A stretch of 33,044 nt of DNA from positions 1-33,044 of the IMG/VR virus record IMGVR_UViG_3300036713_000142. One strand, given 5' to 3'. The notes beneath the pieces are model-generated. The model searched no databases, was not told the DNA's origin, and saw only the letters and a program-made list of their open reading frames with translations. A program made the translations under genes and the position numbers. Origin of the DNA: a virus (taxonomy: Duplodnaviria > Caudoviricetes). Of this stretch, positions 17,801 through 26,597 are shown in pieces. Within the stretch, counting starts at the first letter, position 1, and each line of letters begins with the position of its first letter.

Positions 17801-18863
17801 AGTTACGCTCTCCCCAATCAATACCAAGCTCCTTAGCTTGTTCCTGCATCAGGCTTTGCTTGGTTGCATCGTCCAACCTAGACCATTTAGCACCAGTTGT
17901 TTCTTCGTAAGTCTCTTTTGCAGAAGCTTCAACACGTTCTGTTTTGTAGACATACTCAAGTTCTTCAATGCTATCAGCTGCTTCCAAAGCTTTGTTTGGA
18001 AACATCTTAGACATTTCAGGGTCGGTAATGCGTTGAGTAGCAGCCTTACGACCCTTACCTACTGCACGTACACCTGCACCTGCAGCTTCAAGAACCAAGT
18101 CTGCTACAGCACCAATACCCAAACCTTCAACCATATTATACATAGTCCGTTGGGCAGGACTCATGTCATCAGTTGTAGCAAATGTACTGAGATATGGTTT
18201 CCAGTCAGGTTTAACATCACCCAATGTCTGAGCAATGTTAGCTTCTTGGGATTGATTGCTAATCATGTCATAGACACCACCAGCAATTGCACCACCTGCT
18301 ACACGACCTGCAAGACCAACTTTACCTGCTTTATCAACAAGATTAGCTGCTTTTGCTAAGCCTTGTACACCTTTGATGCCCCAACCAATCTTACCAACAC
18401 CAACAGCTCCGCCTGCAAATTCTACAAGACTGCGTAGTGTTTTGCCCCATACTGTTCGGTTAATAGGCTTAGCTGTAATCAACCAAGGTGCTTCAAACTC
18501 ATAAGGGTTTTCTTTGTCTGATTGATAGAATTCAGGATCAAAAAATTTAGGAACAGAAGCTACACTATTGTAAATATCAATAGCACCACCCAATAAAGCA
18601 TTGCCCAGTTCTTGGGCATTCTCTAGTGTTCCAAACTTCTTTGGATCCATTACTTCTTGGGAAGATTTAGGAGTCCCGTCTTCATTAGTTGTACGTTCGT
18701 ACTCTGCTTGAGAAGCCGCAGCTTCTTGGGCTTGTTGGTCTTCCAACAGTTGACGGGCTTCTACTTCCTCCCTCAATCGTTCTGCTTGTCCTGTGTCAGC
18801 CAACGCTGCTTGGTTGACTTCAATACCACCAGGATCATCAAATCCATAAAGGTCTATACTCAT
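14850..18863 (-). CDS. internal virion protein (T7 gp16-like ejection protein, 1337 aa)
   Basis: Size and position immediately before the tail fibre gene. Confidence 0.82.
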   Translation of the reverse strand: MSIDLYGFDDPGGIEVNQAALADTGQAERLREEVEARQLLEDQQAQEAAASQAEYERTTNEDGTPKSSQEVMDPKKFGTLENAQELGNALLGGAIDIYNSVASVPKFFDPEFYQSDKENPYEFEAPWLITAKPINRTVWGKTLRSLVEFAGGAVGVGKIGWGIKGVQGLAKAANLVDKAGKVGLAGRVAGGAIAGGVYDMISNQSQEANIAQTLGDVKPDWKPYLSTFATTDDMSPAQRTMYNMVEGLGIGAVADLVLEAAGAGVRAVGKGRKAATQRITDPEMSKMFPNKALEAADSIEELEYVYKTERVEASAKETYEETTGAKWSRLDDATKQSLMQEQAKELGIDWGERNFNRRAEKQGQTNLDVAEDQLLDDLDAGAPRENPAYMEGGDVTDHQGLTNTSRPMKGVRDQIRIRNDFAQKDGSPRGPLSEAQIRRMEYGAPGMTQEEIDKLADGFVVDPVYQKLYGGDTPTEVKQDFLDMAVTVREFLDESGHSRVNDASPEELVEFIETLRYVDEADKQTKIEGVSVLNQAQLVATDLIMGQLLTGARDLSRAALSVMDQVDVKAQGSIIDGVLARYATLARMRKETSLMSSWNLRRFRPGIDDITLRTDASDAVAAEVQTLKQLLKDDVDDSLLQTFLHFSAVGGNKPQTFKDLQAFMKRKLHGYRDGNKQMRNQIINEMQIMGVNSILSGPKTPVRAAVGTGIGTIMRPVSTIIGSLGSEDRAVTESAFAALGGMWESMGDAWRKAAQDFRGYTQNNEGWRGVTTSPKEYEFEALKAFHYKYGSDGDKAAMAMANFLHQSNKLPFLNYGPRIMRATDVFFSQLIGRGRQRQLAFLDVKDRLKSAQQVVSDQDMKKLVRAAELNFESKVFTADGQLSDEMAKYAADEAKMTKELTGFARELDRAFDKAPYLKPFMLFMKTGVNALEMTSKHTPILNRFIKENVDIMTKAWDDPVMVKYGIKSANDLEIAKATMRGREALGYGFVSTAAMMALNGQITGNGPPDRELREAWQQFGWKPRSVKIGDVYVSYESLEPFNLFFSFIADIVDSQKVMGEEWVGNNLGKLGFLVTQNIINKTFLNGMFQVQELFYSNGQRLPTVAANLVNNQIPLGGMRNEIGKLVSPGMRELEKGFLDGIRNRNLYLDLVAGKDGKLPYRYDILDGRPINDSLPIVRLMNAVNPFYINPATNPTRELLFRSGVDLKLTFNTGPNNESLEGHPELKSKWQYYVSKQNIEAQLETLFKDKAVIKSILDMEEDRAAGRRYETSETFHVPLINNILKKAKSNAWAQLMSDTPEVRELNEQSRLETLSGRYRKMGSREKANEIEDLLSIIK

Positions 18864-21800
18864 TGTACTGTTTCACCATGTAAGAAAGTAAAGCGCCTGC
18901 CATCGGGCAGACCAATAGTTAGTTTTTCACCGTGTTCGGTTCTAACTGAAGAAATACGACGTGCTCCATTGCGAAGAACAACAGGTGTACCAGCAGGCAT
19001 AGCGTAATCCCATCCAAGATGCTTACCGTCTCTACGTGATGCACCAAACTCTCCACCACTAACTGTTACGCCTGCAGACAAAGGTGTGATACCTTCAGCT
19101 GTTTGGAATCCAATGTATTCATCAAGAGATTTACGACCAAAGAAAGTTCCTTTAACATCCTTTACATCTAGGTGAGAACCTGTAGAAGTAGGTCCAATGT
19201 TACCAACACGATAAACAATTTCTGGACGCATACGTTCTACATCAAATCGTTCATTTTGAAGGTTTGTTCGTACCTGCTGCATTGCATCGGCAATAAATGA
19301 AGGATCTACTTTTTGGAGACCTACCCATTCTTGACCTAAACCTTGAATAGGTATCTGTCCACCTTGTGCAAAAAACTTACCAGCTCTCCGATGCATCAAT
19401 GCAATACCAGCCTTATCTTGCGTTTCACGATTGTAAACATCGTCGGTAGAAATCACACCTTCATCAATTAAAGATTGAAGAGTAGTGCCAATAATTTGAT
19501 ACCTTCCTGTTGCATGAAGTAAACCCTTTCTTTGGAGTTCTCTAATTTCACCGACTGTTGTTTGATCGGAAGAGCGGCCAAACTCTTTACTAAATGTAGA
19601 TGAGCCATAAGCTACAGTACCTCCATTAGATCCACTCCTATTTAGAGCATCATAACCATCATTTGCTGGGTCAGTAGATCTAGACTCTTTACTAGCAATA
19701 AGATTAAGCATAGGTTCATATGCAACAACACCAGTAGCACCAGTTGCAATCTGTGTTGCACGTGTAGTTCTACTAAGGGATGGACGGTAAGTCAAAAGAT
19801 TACGCACTGATTGAGGAACAAATCCGTAAACTTCACCTGCAGGAGGCATGTTTTCAAATGTCTCACCAGCTAGTTCAAGTTGCCGTTCAATAATTTCATA
19901 AGGATTAAGTGTAGGGTACATCCTTTGAACTTGTAGCACAACAGAAGGTAGTGCTCCTCCAGTGCCTACTGCTTTTGCTTGTTGAACTTCATCGGGAGTA
20001 AGGATTAGATTTTTAGAGATGTAAGCATTATCTTCAACAACTTTTTGGCGAATGTTTTCTACACGCGCCCGTTGAGCAAGTTGCCCACTATCTTTACCTA
20101 AAATCTGGAACTTACCATTGATACCTGCTTCACGTTTAAAAGTACCTGTACCTTTTTCAATTTCATCAGAAACTTGCTTACCAGCTTCAATGTAAGCGGC
20201 AGAAGAGGTTGCACCGTCTTTAATCATTTGACGTGCTCTTTTATCAATTTCCGACTCAATGTAAGGTTCAAGTTGAGCCTCTTCCTTACCTTCTTTTAGT
20301 TGAGTAGTTGTGTTAAGCACTCCACGCAAAGAAGCTTTAGCACCACGAATAGCTGAATCTCGCTCTGTTTTAGCAATAGCAGAAGGATCTACAGCATCTT
20401 TTCGGTATGCCTCAATAGTTTCTTGAGAAAACTTACCATTCATGAGGTAATCCATGGTAAGAGTACCTGTATTCCTCATGTAATCCAACAGCTCAGTAGC
20501 TTCCTGAGTTGCAAGTTGCTCCTGATAGCGTAGTACTTGCGGCGGAGGTTCGTTAAATTCATTAATGTACATCTCTTCAAACTGATCATACATATCACGA
20601 ATTTCTTTTTCACTCTTACCAGCACGAGCTTCATAAAGAAGTGGTAGAGACTTTTGAATAAACTCTTCTTTTCTAATAGTTTGCTCAGATTGAAAATCGT
20701 TATACTGCTCTATATTATAATCTTGAATGGCATCTTGTATCTGTTTATAATCCCTTTGGTAAAGATCTTTAAACAGCTTTTCTTTTGTTGATCCTTTAAG
20801 GATGACTCCAGCTTGACCAAGGCTCTCTAAATCATTGATGGTAAACTCACCAACTTTAGCCATGTCAGTATAGATGCTAATAAGTTTAGCACGCTGACGA
20901 CGAAGACCAACTGGTGTACCACCTGAGGTACGCATAATCCATGCTTGAGAAGCATCGCCAAGACTTCTACCTAGGTTACGAGCTGAATCAATCTCAGTAC
21001 GCAGGTCTCGTGTTTCTTCCTCATCACGGATCAAAGCAAGCTGTTTATTCCTCTCATTAGCAAATACAGCATTCTCTCTTTCTTCAATCTTCCTCATACC
21101 AGGCATGAGGTATTCATTCAAGAAAGTCGAATCCATTCCTTTGAATTGCTCAAAGAATTCACCGCGAAGAATTGTATCAATAGCAGCCTTTACAGGCATA
21201 CCACCATTAATGGCGGTCTCCATTGTATAGGTCTGACCATTAATATCAAATTCACGGTCAGCATTTTCAGCACGGAATTCTTCAAAGGATTGAACACCTT
21301 GGGTAGCAAAAGCTTTCATAGCACCATACAGGCGCTGACCACTCAGGTTTCTAAGCTGTTCAACTTGTTCTTCAGATACACCACGATTCCGCAGCTGTTC
21401 AATAATAGCATTGTATGCGGTATCCTTAGATTCAATATCAGCTTCACCTGCTTTCAGTGCGGTGTACTCTTGCCATTTAGCACCAAGAGTATATACCAAC
21501 TGATAGCCTTCAATTTGCTTTTCAGTATCACGCTTTTCTTTCAGGTCAACCACCAGTTTGGAGATGCCTTCAGACAAACCCGCAAGACTTTCTAGGTTAC
21601 GCTCATACTTAGCTTGTCCAGAATCAACCCTGGCTTTCTCATTACGAAGCTTAGCCTGCTGATAAGTTTCACGATAAGTATCTTCGAGCCTTTTATTTAC
21701 TTGTCTTTGAGATTCTTCAATCTCTTGCTTACGGAGCATACCTTGTAGGTAAGCATCACGATTCCTTCGTTCCTGATCACGAAGATTTTCCATACCTCGC

Positions 21801-21904
21801 AAGGTACGTTGTCCATCCTGTAGGATTTTTGCAGTCTCGTCAGGTGCACGAAGTGGATCGAATGCAGTACGTTGGGCGTACCCTTTGTACGAAATTTGTT
21901 CCAT
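18860..21904 (-). CDS. internal virion protein (gp15-like) with C-terminal lysozyme-like and M23-like domains
   Basis: Helical N-terminal region. LIASKES..YDALN..ATGRYQII..EWVGL lysozyme-like motifs. STGSHLD, HLGWD and FLHG motifs. Confidence 0.85.
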   Translation of the reverse strand: MEQISYKGYAQRTAFDPLRAPDETAKILQDGQRTLRGMENLRDQERRNRDAYLQGMLRKQEIEESQRQVNKRLEDTYRETYQQAKLRNEKARVDSGQAKYERNLESLAGLSEGISKLVVDLKEKRDTEKQIEGYQLVYTLGAKWQEYTALKAGEADIESKDTAYNAIIEQLRNRGVSEEQVEQLRNLSGQRLYGAMKAFATQGVQSFEEFRAENADREFDINGQTYTMETAINGGMPVKAAIDTILRGEFFEQFKGMDSTFLNEYLMPGMRKIEERENAVFANERNKQLALIRDEEETRDLRTEIDSARNLGRSLGDASQAWIMRTSGGTPVGLRRQRAKLISIYTDMAKVGEFTINDLESLGQAGVILKGSTKEKLFKDLYQRDYKQIQDAIQDYNIEQYNDFQSEQTIRKEEFIQKSLPLLYEARAGKSEKEIRDMYDQFEEMYINEFNEPPPQVLRYQEQLATQEATELLDYMRNTGTLTMDYLMNGKFSQETIEAYRKDAVDPSAIAKTERDSAIRGAKASLRGVLNTTTQLKEGKEEAQLEPYIESEIDKRARQMIKDGATSSAAYIEAGKQVSDEIEKGTGTFKREAGINGKFQILGKDSGQLAQRARVENIRQKVVEDNAYISKNLILTPDEVQQAKAVGTGGALPSVVLQVQRMYPTLNPYEIIERQLELAGETFENMPPAGEVYGFVPQSVRNLLTYRPSLSRTTRATQIATGATGVVAYEPMLNLIASKESRSTDPANDGYDALNRSGSNGGTVAYGSSTFSKEFGRSSDQTTVGEIRELQRKGLLHATGRYQIIGTTLQSLIDEGVISTDDVYNRETQDKAGIALMHRRAGKFFAQGGQIPIQGLGQEWVGLQKVDPSFIADAMQQVRTNLQNERFDVERMRPEIVYRVGNIGPTSTGSHLDVKDVKGTFFGRKSLDEYIGFQTAEGITPLSAGVTVSGGEFGASRRDGKHLGWDYAMPAGTPVVLRNGARRISSVRTEHGEKLTIGLPDGRRFTFLHGETVQ

Positions 21905-21932
21905 TTAAATAGTTAACTCCAAATGTTTAGCA

Positions 21933-22769
21933 TCAGTCGCCCCAATCAATTCCTGCAGCAATGCTACCAGCACTTCCCAAGAATCCGACAGCTGCATTAG
22001 TCCAAGGTGATTCCAACCCTTTCATAGGTTCAGGTGGCATAAGAGGTTTCTTGATTTTCTGGAACTTAGACTTAGGCAGAGGAATAGGACGTGGAGGTTC
22101 AGGTAGAGCTTCAGGCTTAATCATACGATTTTTATCTGCAGCAATATCAGCTTCATACTTATCCATAGCAATCTTTCTAAGATTAGTCTTGTACTGTTTA
22201 TCAGCACTGACCATGGACTCTACAAGAATAGCTTGGTTACGACCACTCTGTGCTAGAATAGATTGGATACGTTTACCAGCAGATCTACCAGCTTGACCGC
22301 TGGCTGCAGCCTCACCTTCGGCTAGAAGTGTCTGGACAAAAAGATCTTGGTTTTGGAAAGCATTTTCAATACGCTGTTCTTCAAGAAATCTGTTTTCAGA
22401 TTCCATAGCAACAGCAGCTGCCATGTTGTTAAATCCTAGTTGCTTTTTATAAGTCTCTTCTGACTTATTATAAGCCTTCATCTGCATGCCGTATTCGTAA
22501 TCACGAATCGCCATTGCATGGTTGTAATCATTTAAAGCTGTCTGGTCACGCCATTGGCGTTCAGCACGCTCGTTCTTAATAGCTAAGCGCCTACCTTGCT
22601 TTGCATATCTGTAGTCTTGGCGGAGGTTCTTTTTCTCGAACTTCCACATCATCTCATTGTAGTCGTCTAGCTTTGATTGCTGACTAGATGCTTGGGCGCC
22701 GCCAAAGATGGACTGAAGACCTGCAATACCAGTTTGAATAGCAAACTGTGTTAATGGTTCAAGAGCCAT
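21933..22769 (-). CDS. internal virion protein (gp14-like)
   Basis: Ala/Gln-rich protein with hydrophobic Gly-rich termini, located after tail tube B. Confidence 0.78.
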   Translation of the reverse strand: MALEPLTQFAIQTGIAGLQSIFGGAQASSQQSKLDDYNEMMWKFEKKNLRQDYRYAKQGRRLAIKNERAERQWRDQTALNDYNHAMAIRDYEYGMQMKAYNKSEETYKKQLGFNNMAAAVAMESENRFLEEQRIENAFQNQDLFVQTLLAEGEAAASGQAGRSAGKRIQSILAQSGRNQAILVESMVSADKQYKTNLRKIAMDKYEADIAADKNRMIKPEALPEPPRPIPLPKSKFQKIKKPLMPPEPMKGLESPWTNAAVGFLGSAGSIAAGIDWGD

Positions 22770-22772
22770 ACT

Positions 22773-25412
22773 TTATTGCCTCGAATAATAACGTGGAGAA
22801 TACCTACCTTCCCAACTCATAGAAGTTACAGAAAGTGGAAATGGTGAATTACTAAATATTTTCAAATTAAAATTATCGTTACGTTGATGAATAGGAACAG
22901 TGTAAACAACCAACTCCTTGAGTGGCACATCACTAGCTAGATAGAAGTCAGCAAGTTGAACACTCTGAACTTCATGCCAATCAGGTCTACCTTGTGTCTG
23001 CAGTTTAAACTCAATACTACTAGATTGTTTAACAGAGAATTTGATTCTAGCAACAGTCAAAGATGCAGTATAATCTACAGCATTCTCAGACTTACGATAA
23101 TAGAACCTAGGTAATTCTACTTCCATGTCATACCTAAATCCGACATAAAAACGGTTCTGAGTAAAGTATTGTACTAGATCTGCTCCAACCTCAGGTTGAC
23201 ATGGATACTCCCATACACCCGAAACTGCAGATCTAACAGCATTGAGTATATAACCAGATTCTAAATCAGGAGTAGTTGGAGGTGCAGCAGAAGCAATAAG
23301 TGTAATAATTTCTCTATCAGTTACATCAGTGTAAGGTAAAGTAATTTCCAATTTACTGGTAACAGGATTATAACTAACATTGCTAGGCTCTGCATACATA
23401 TCTATACAAGTCTGAACAATCTGACCATCAGCAGTAGTGAGGATTGGATCTTCAGGAGCTTGGGTAAGGTTAGCTTTGATAATCGTGTACTTACCTTCCT
23501 GCTTAGTAACAGCAAAGAAATCATCACTATCTACCAAGCAGTACTGAACATTGCCAGCCATCTTCCAACGGAACCAAGCTTGCATGTATGTTTGTTCAGC
23601 GTCACCATAAGTACGGTAGAAGTAGATAAACTCATTGCTAGAGCTACTCATCAACACGAAAGAGTTCTGTGGTGAAGCTTGAAGGTTGTCAATAGTGTCA
23701 GGAACGTATTCTGACACAACCTTACCTACATCCAACACATCAGGGTTCTCTTCAAAACCTCGTGTCTTCATTGCATAAGTCCTAGAGTAACCAGGAGTCT
23801 TACTCATAAAGACTAGGTTAGTACCAACATCAACTGGGTCAATCAAAGTATCACACTCATAATTACTGAGTGATCTGATTGCCGCAGTAGATGGTGTAAT
23901 CACACCAGTATCAGAGAATAGGATAAATTGTTGACTATCACTAAACAACACCAAGCCCTGCGGTACAGGCAACACAAAGTTAAGTGTAGCAGGACGCAAT
24001 GCTGAGCAACTCAAATCAACAGGGTCATTAGCTGTTTGAGTAAGTGCTGTTGTATAGAAGAAGTTAAAGAAATCGCTAGTCTTACTGAGGATTACATTGT
24101 CATTAGACAGGAATCCAAGCCGATTGTTATAGAAGAATACTTCACGAATCGGGAAGTTAACAAAGCTAGGTAGACTGTTAGATTCATCATCACCAACCAA
24201 TCGCTGTTCCCAAGAGTTCTTTTCAGGACTACCAGGAACTGCTTCAATAGCTCGGAAGGTAAATGCATCCTTAGCTGTATTGACCAGCTCATGAGGCATA
24301 GTACGTGGGTTAAGATGAATAGGAATGTTAGGCTTTACAAACTCTTCCCAATAACCATCACCTGATGTACCATCCTCAGCAATGAATCGAACGTAGTAAG
24401 TGTCCTCAGCAGAAGCTGTGTTCTGAATAGTGACACGACGGTTATGGACGCTTTGTGTAGGAAGGTCAGAGATGTTGTTTACAGTGTTTGTAAACGCTTC
24501 AATAGAGTCACCACTGATACCACCTTTGGCAGTGATGGAGAAACTATTAGGTGTACTGCTAGGTGCTAGTTGAACTTCAATACTATCTTCAAGAATTGTA
24601 AACGTAAATCCTAATCCACTTAATAGTGTGCTGAGACCAGTTTGTGCAGGATAATTACCGTGAGCACCACCACTTCCAGATGGGTTAGCAGGGTTACCGT
24701 TAACAATCCAACCAAGAATTTCTTCTACATTAAGGATTGGTTCAAAATCATTTGAACCGAGGTTTGTGTTTTCACCATTACGTGTTGTAATGCTAGCTGT
24801 ATAAGGTGTACCATTGTAGGTAACTGTTACCTCATACGTTGCACCAAATTCAACATTGGTAACACGAATCGTACCTTGCTGACCTTCAACATAACCAAAG
24901 TTTCTGTATTCGGGACCAAAGGCTGGTGATGGGAATTGAGTAGCTTCGTCATTGGCAGTATCCAAGACACCAACGGTCTTTGTCTTATTAACAATAAACG
25001 TGGTATCTTGAACAGTCAGTACTTGAATATTATCCTTACTTTTATCATCTATTGATGGGAAAAGTAGATAAGAATTGGGATCATAAACAGCTGTAGTTAA
25101 ATATGATTCAGTAGTAACTGTAGCTTCAACACCTGTCTTAACATTCCAGATACGGATACCACTAGTTTTAACACAACCTAGGTACTGCTCGTCATCATCA
25201 CGATTAATGTAGAACCAGCGAGCATTATCCAACTCATCAGTTGTAGTTGTGAGTTCTTCAATGAACTTAGTACCCGGTCTTTTAGTAAGACCAAACGTTG
25301 GGTCAATATACGCATTAATACTATCTCTTACCTGACCAGGAAGTTTCTTATCATCAGGTTGCTTGGATACACCACCAAGAAAGTTATCTACTGTTTGTGT
25401 AATACTTGCCAT
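22773..25412 (-). CDS. tail tubular protein B (gp12-like)
   Basis: FLGGVSKQPD N-terminus, GLTKRPG, FYNNRLGFLS, QAWFRW and a WEGRY C-terminus. Confidence 0.94.
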   Translation of the reverse strand: MASITQTVDNFLGGVSKQPDDKKLPGQVRDSINAYIDPTFGLTKRPGTKFIEELTTTTDELDNARWFYINRDDDEQYLGCVKTSGIRIWNVKTGVEATVTTESYLTTAVYDPNSYLLFPSIDDKSKDNIQVLTVQDTTFIVNKTKTVGVLDTANDEATQFPSPAFGPEYRNFGYVEGQQGTIRVTNVEFGATYEVTVTYNGTPYTASITTRNGENTNLGSNDFEPILNVEEILGWIVNGNPANPSGSGGAHGNYPAQTGLSTLLSGLGFTFTILEDSIEVQLAPSSTPNSFSITAKGGISGDSIEAFTNTVNNISDLPTQSVHNRRVTIQNTASAEDTYYVRFIAEDGTSGDGYWEEFVKPNIPIHLNPRTMPHELVNTAKDAFTFRAIEAVPGSPEKNSWEQRLVGDDESNSLPSFVNFPIREVFFYNNRLGFLSNDNVILSKTSDFFNFFYTTALTQTANDPVDLSCSALRPATLNFVLPVPQGLVLFSDSQQFILFSDTGVITPSTAAIRSLSNYECDTLIDPVDVGTNLVFMSKTPGYSRTYAMKTRGFEENPDVLDVGKVVSEYVPDTIDNLQASPQNSFVLMSSSSNEFIYFYRTYGDAEQTYMQAWFRWKMAGNVQYCLVDSDDFFAVTKQEGKYTIIKANLTQAPEDPILTTADGQIVQTCIDMYAEPSNVSYNPVTSKLEITLPYTDVTDREIITLIASAAPPTTPDLESGYILNAVRSAVSGVWEYPCQPEVGADLVQYFTQNRFYVGFRYDMEVELPRFYYRKSENAVDYTASLTVARIKFSVKQSSSIEFKLQTQGRPDWHEVQSVQLADFYLASDVPLKELVVYTVPIHQRNDNFNLKIFSNSPFPLSVTSMSWEGRYSPRYYSRQ

Positions 25413-26056
25413 TAGCGATACAATGCACGGTACGGTTTGTAACTAACGTAGTAGTCACATCCTTGTGGGTGTCCAAAGAATGAGTAATCACCTTGATTGC
25501 ATTCATACTCAAGTGCCATAGCACGAGTGTATGCTTCACGTTGTTGTAGCATTTGATATTGAGTACTATCACCAATCACTCGTTGACTAAAGATACTAGC
25601 ACTACGTGCAACAATATAATCACGAATAGGAATAGGAAGGTCAATCAAATTAAAGTAACGTTTGATGTCACAATAAGGATCGTTTTCAAAGGTGAATGTT
25701 TGGTTGATACGGTCGTATAGTTTACCTTCACGACGTACAACATCAACAGTCCTGTCAGTATCTACGACATCAATCTGTAGATAGTTATCAGGGATAAGTA
25801 CCTCTTTATTAGAATTACGAGATACTTTTACTTTATAGTCAGTATTAAAAGTCCATCCTTCAGCCTGCACCTCTCTTGAAACCTGATGCAAGGTATTCAA
25901 AATAATCGCAACGTCCGGGTTGGTTACTTCACTAACTTGTGAACCATCCTCTAGAGTGATGTTCTGAGTTTCAATGACAGTAACAGGCGCCTGACCTACT
26001 GACGCCAGAATTTCATTAACAGCTTGTAGCTCAATTTGAGCGTTAGTAGTAGACAT
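25412..26056 (-). CDS. tail tubular protein A (gp11-like)
   Basis: ELQAVNEILASVGQAPV and VQAEGWTFN. Confidence 0.94.
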   Translation of the reverse strand: MSTTNAQIELQAVNEILASVGQAPVTVIETQNITLEDGSQVSEVTNPDVAIILNTLHQVSREVQAEGWTFNTDYKVKVSRNSNKEVLIPDNYLQIDVVDTDRTVDVVRREGKLYDRINQTFTFENDPYCDIKRYFNLIDLPIPIRDYIVARSASIFSQRVIGDSTQYQMLQQREAYTRAMALEYECNQGDYSFFGHPQGCDYYVSYKPYRALYR

Positions 26057-26077
26057 ATTAGCGAAGGAAATATGGAT

Positions 26078-26106
26078 AAAAAAAAAGGGAGAGCCGAAGC
26101 CCTCCC
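26078..26106 (-). terminator. intrinsic terminator downstream of the capsid operon (T-phi equivalent)
   Basis: GGGAGGGC-TTCG-GCTCTCCC followed by T9. Confidence 0.92.
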
Positions 26107-26121
26107 AGTAAGAATGAACAA

Positions 26122-26406
26122 TCAGGCAGCAACACGGCTTGCATCCAGTGCAGGAGTATCAGACTCCACACCAGCGTAAGCAAAGCGCATACCTTGAGTT
26201 TCAGAATAAACGTTCGAAGCGTTCACAGCAGAGCCATAACCACTAGCGGTCTTGGACACGGAACGACGAACAGCATGGTTATCCGACACAGCCAGGGTAC
26301 CATTATCAGAATAGGTAGTACCATAAGCACCACTTACGGTGCGGACTGCGGGATCATAAGTACCGGCAACACCATTATTACCAGCTGCAGTTGCAAGGTT
26401 AGCCAT
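26122..26406 (-). CDS. small post-capsid protein (94 aa), possible decoration protein
   Basis: Ala/Gly/Ser-rich ORF between the capsid gene and the terminator. Confidence 0.75.
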   Translation of the reverse strand: MANLATAAGNNGVAGTYDPAVRTVSGAYGTTYSDNGTLAVSDNHAVRRSVSKTASGYGSAVNASNVYSETQGMRFAYAGVESDTPALDASRVAA

Positions 26407-26413
26407 AATTTAA

Positions 26414-26581
26414 TTAAGGAGCATAGGGAAGTTCATTATCAGCGTCATTGGTCTTGATATTAGTAGCTGCACCAGTAGTCCGACCATACTCAATATGAGT
26501 AGGAGGATTAAGGGTCTCAGAAGTAACAAGACCAGCACCGTTGATCTGAACGATTCTAGAAAGACCAGGAACATAAGACAT
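26414..26581 (-). CDS. small post-capsid protein (55 aa)
   Basis: ATG at 26581 preceded by a GGAGG Shine-Dalgarno sequence. Confidence 0.7.
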   Translation of the reverse strand: MSYVPGLSRIVQINGAGLVTSETLNPPTHIEYGRTTGAATNIKTNDADNELPYAP

Positions 26582-26597
26582 AATAGTTCCTCCGTTA

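Noticed and set aside
16578-18359. Long plus-strand ORFs (224 and 254 aa; similarly 27012-27659 and 11360-11884)
   Set aside because: Antisense shadows of strongly codon-biased minus-strand genes, with no recognisable motifs.
22769-22773. Absence of a T7 gp13-like gene between tail tube B and gp14
   Set aside because: I recall this being usual in cyanopodoviruses, so it is not treated as notable.
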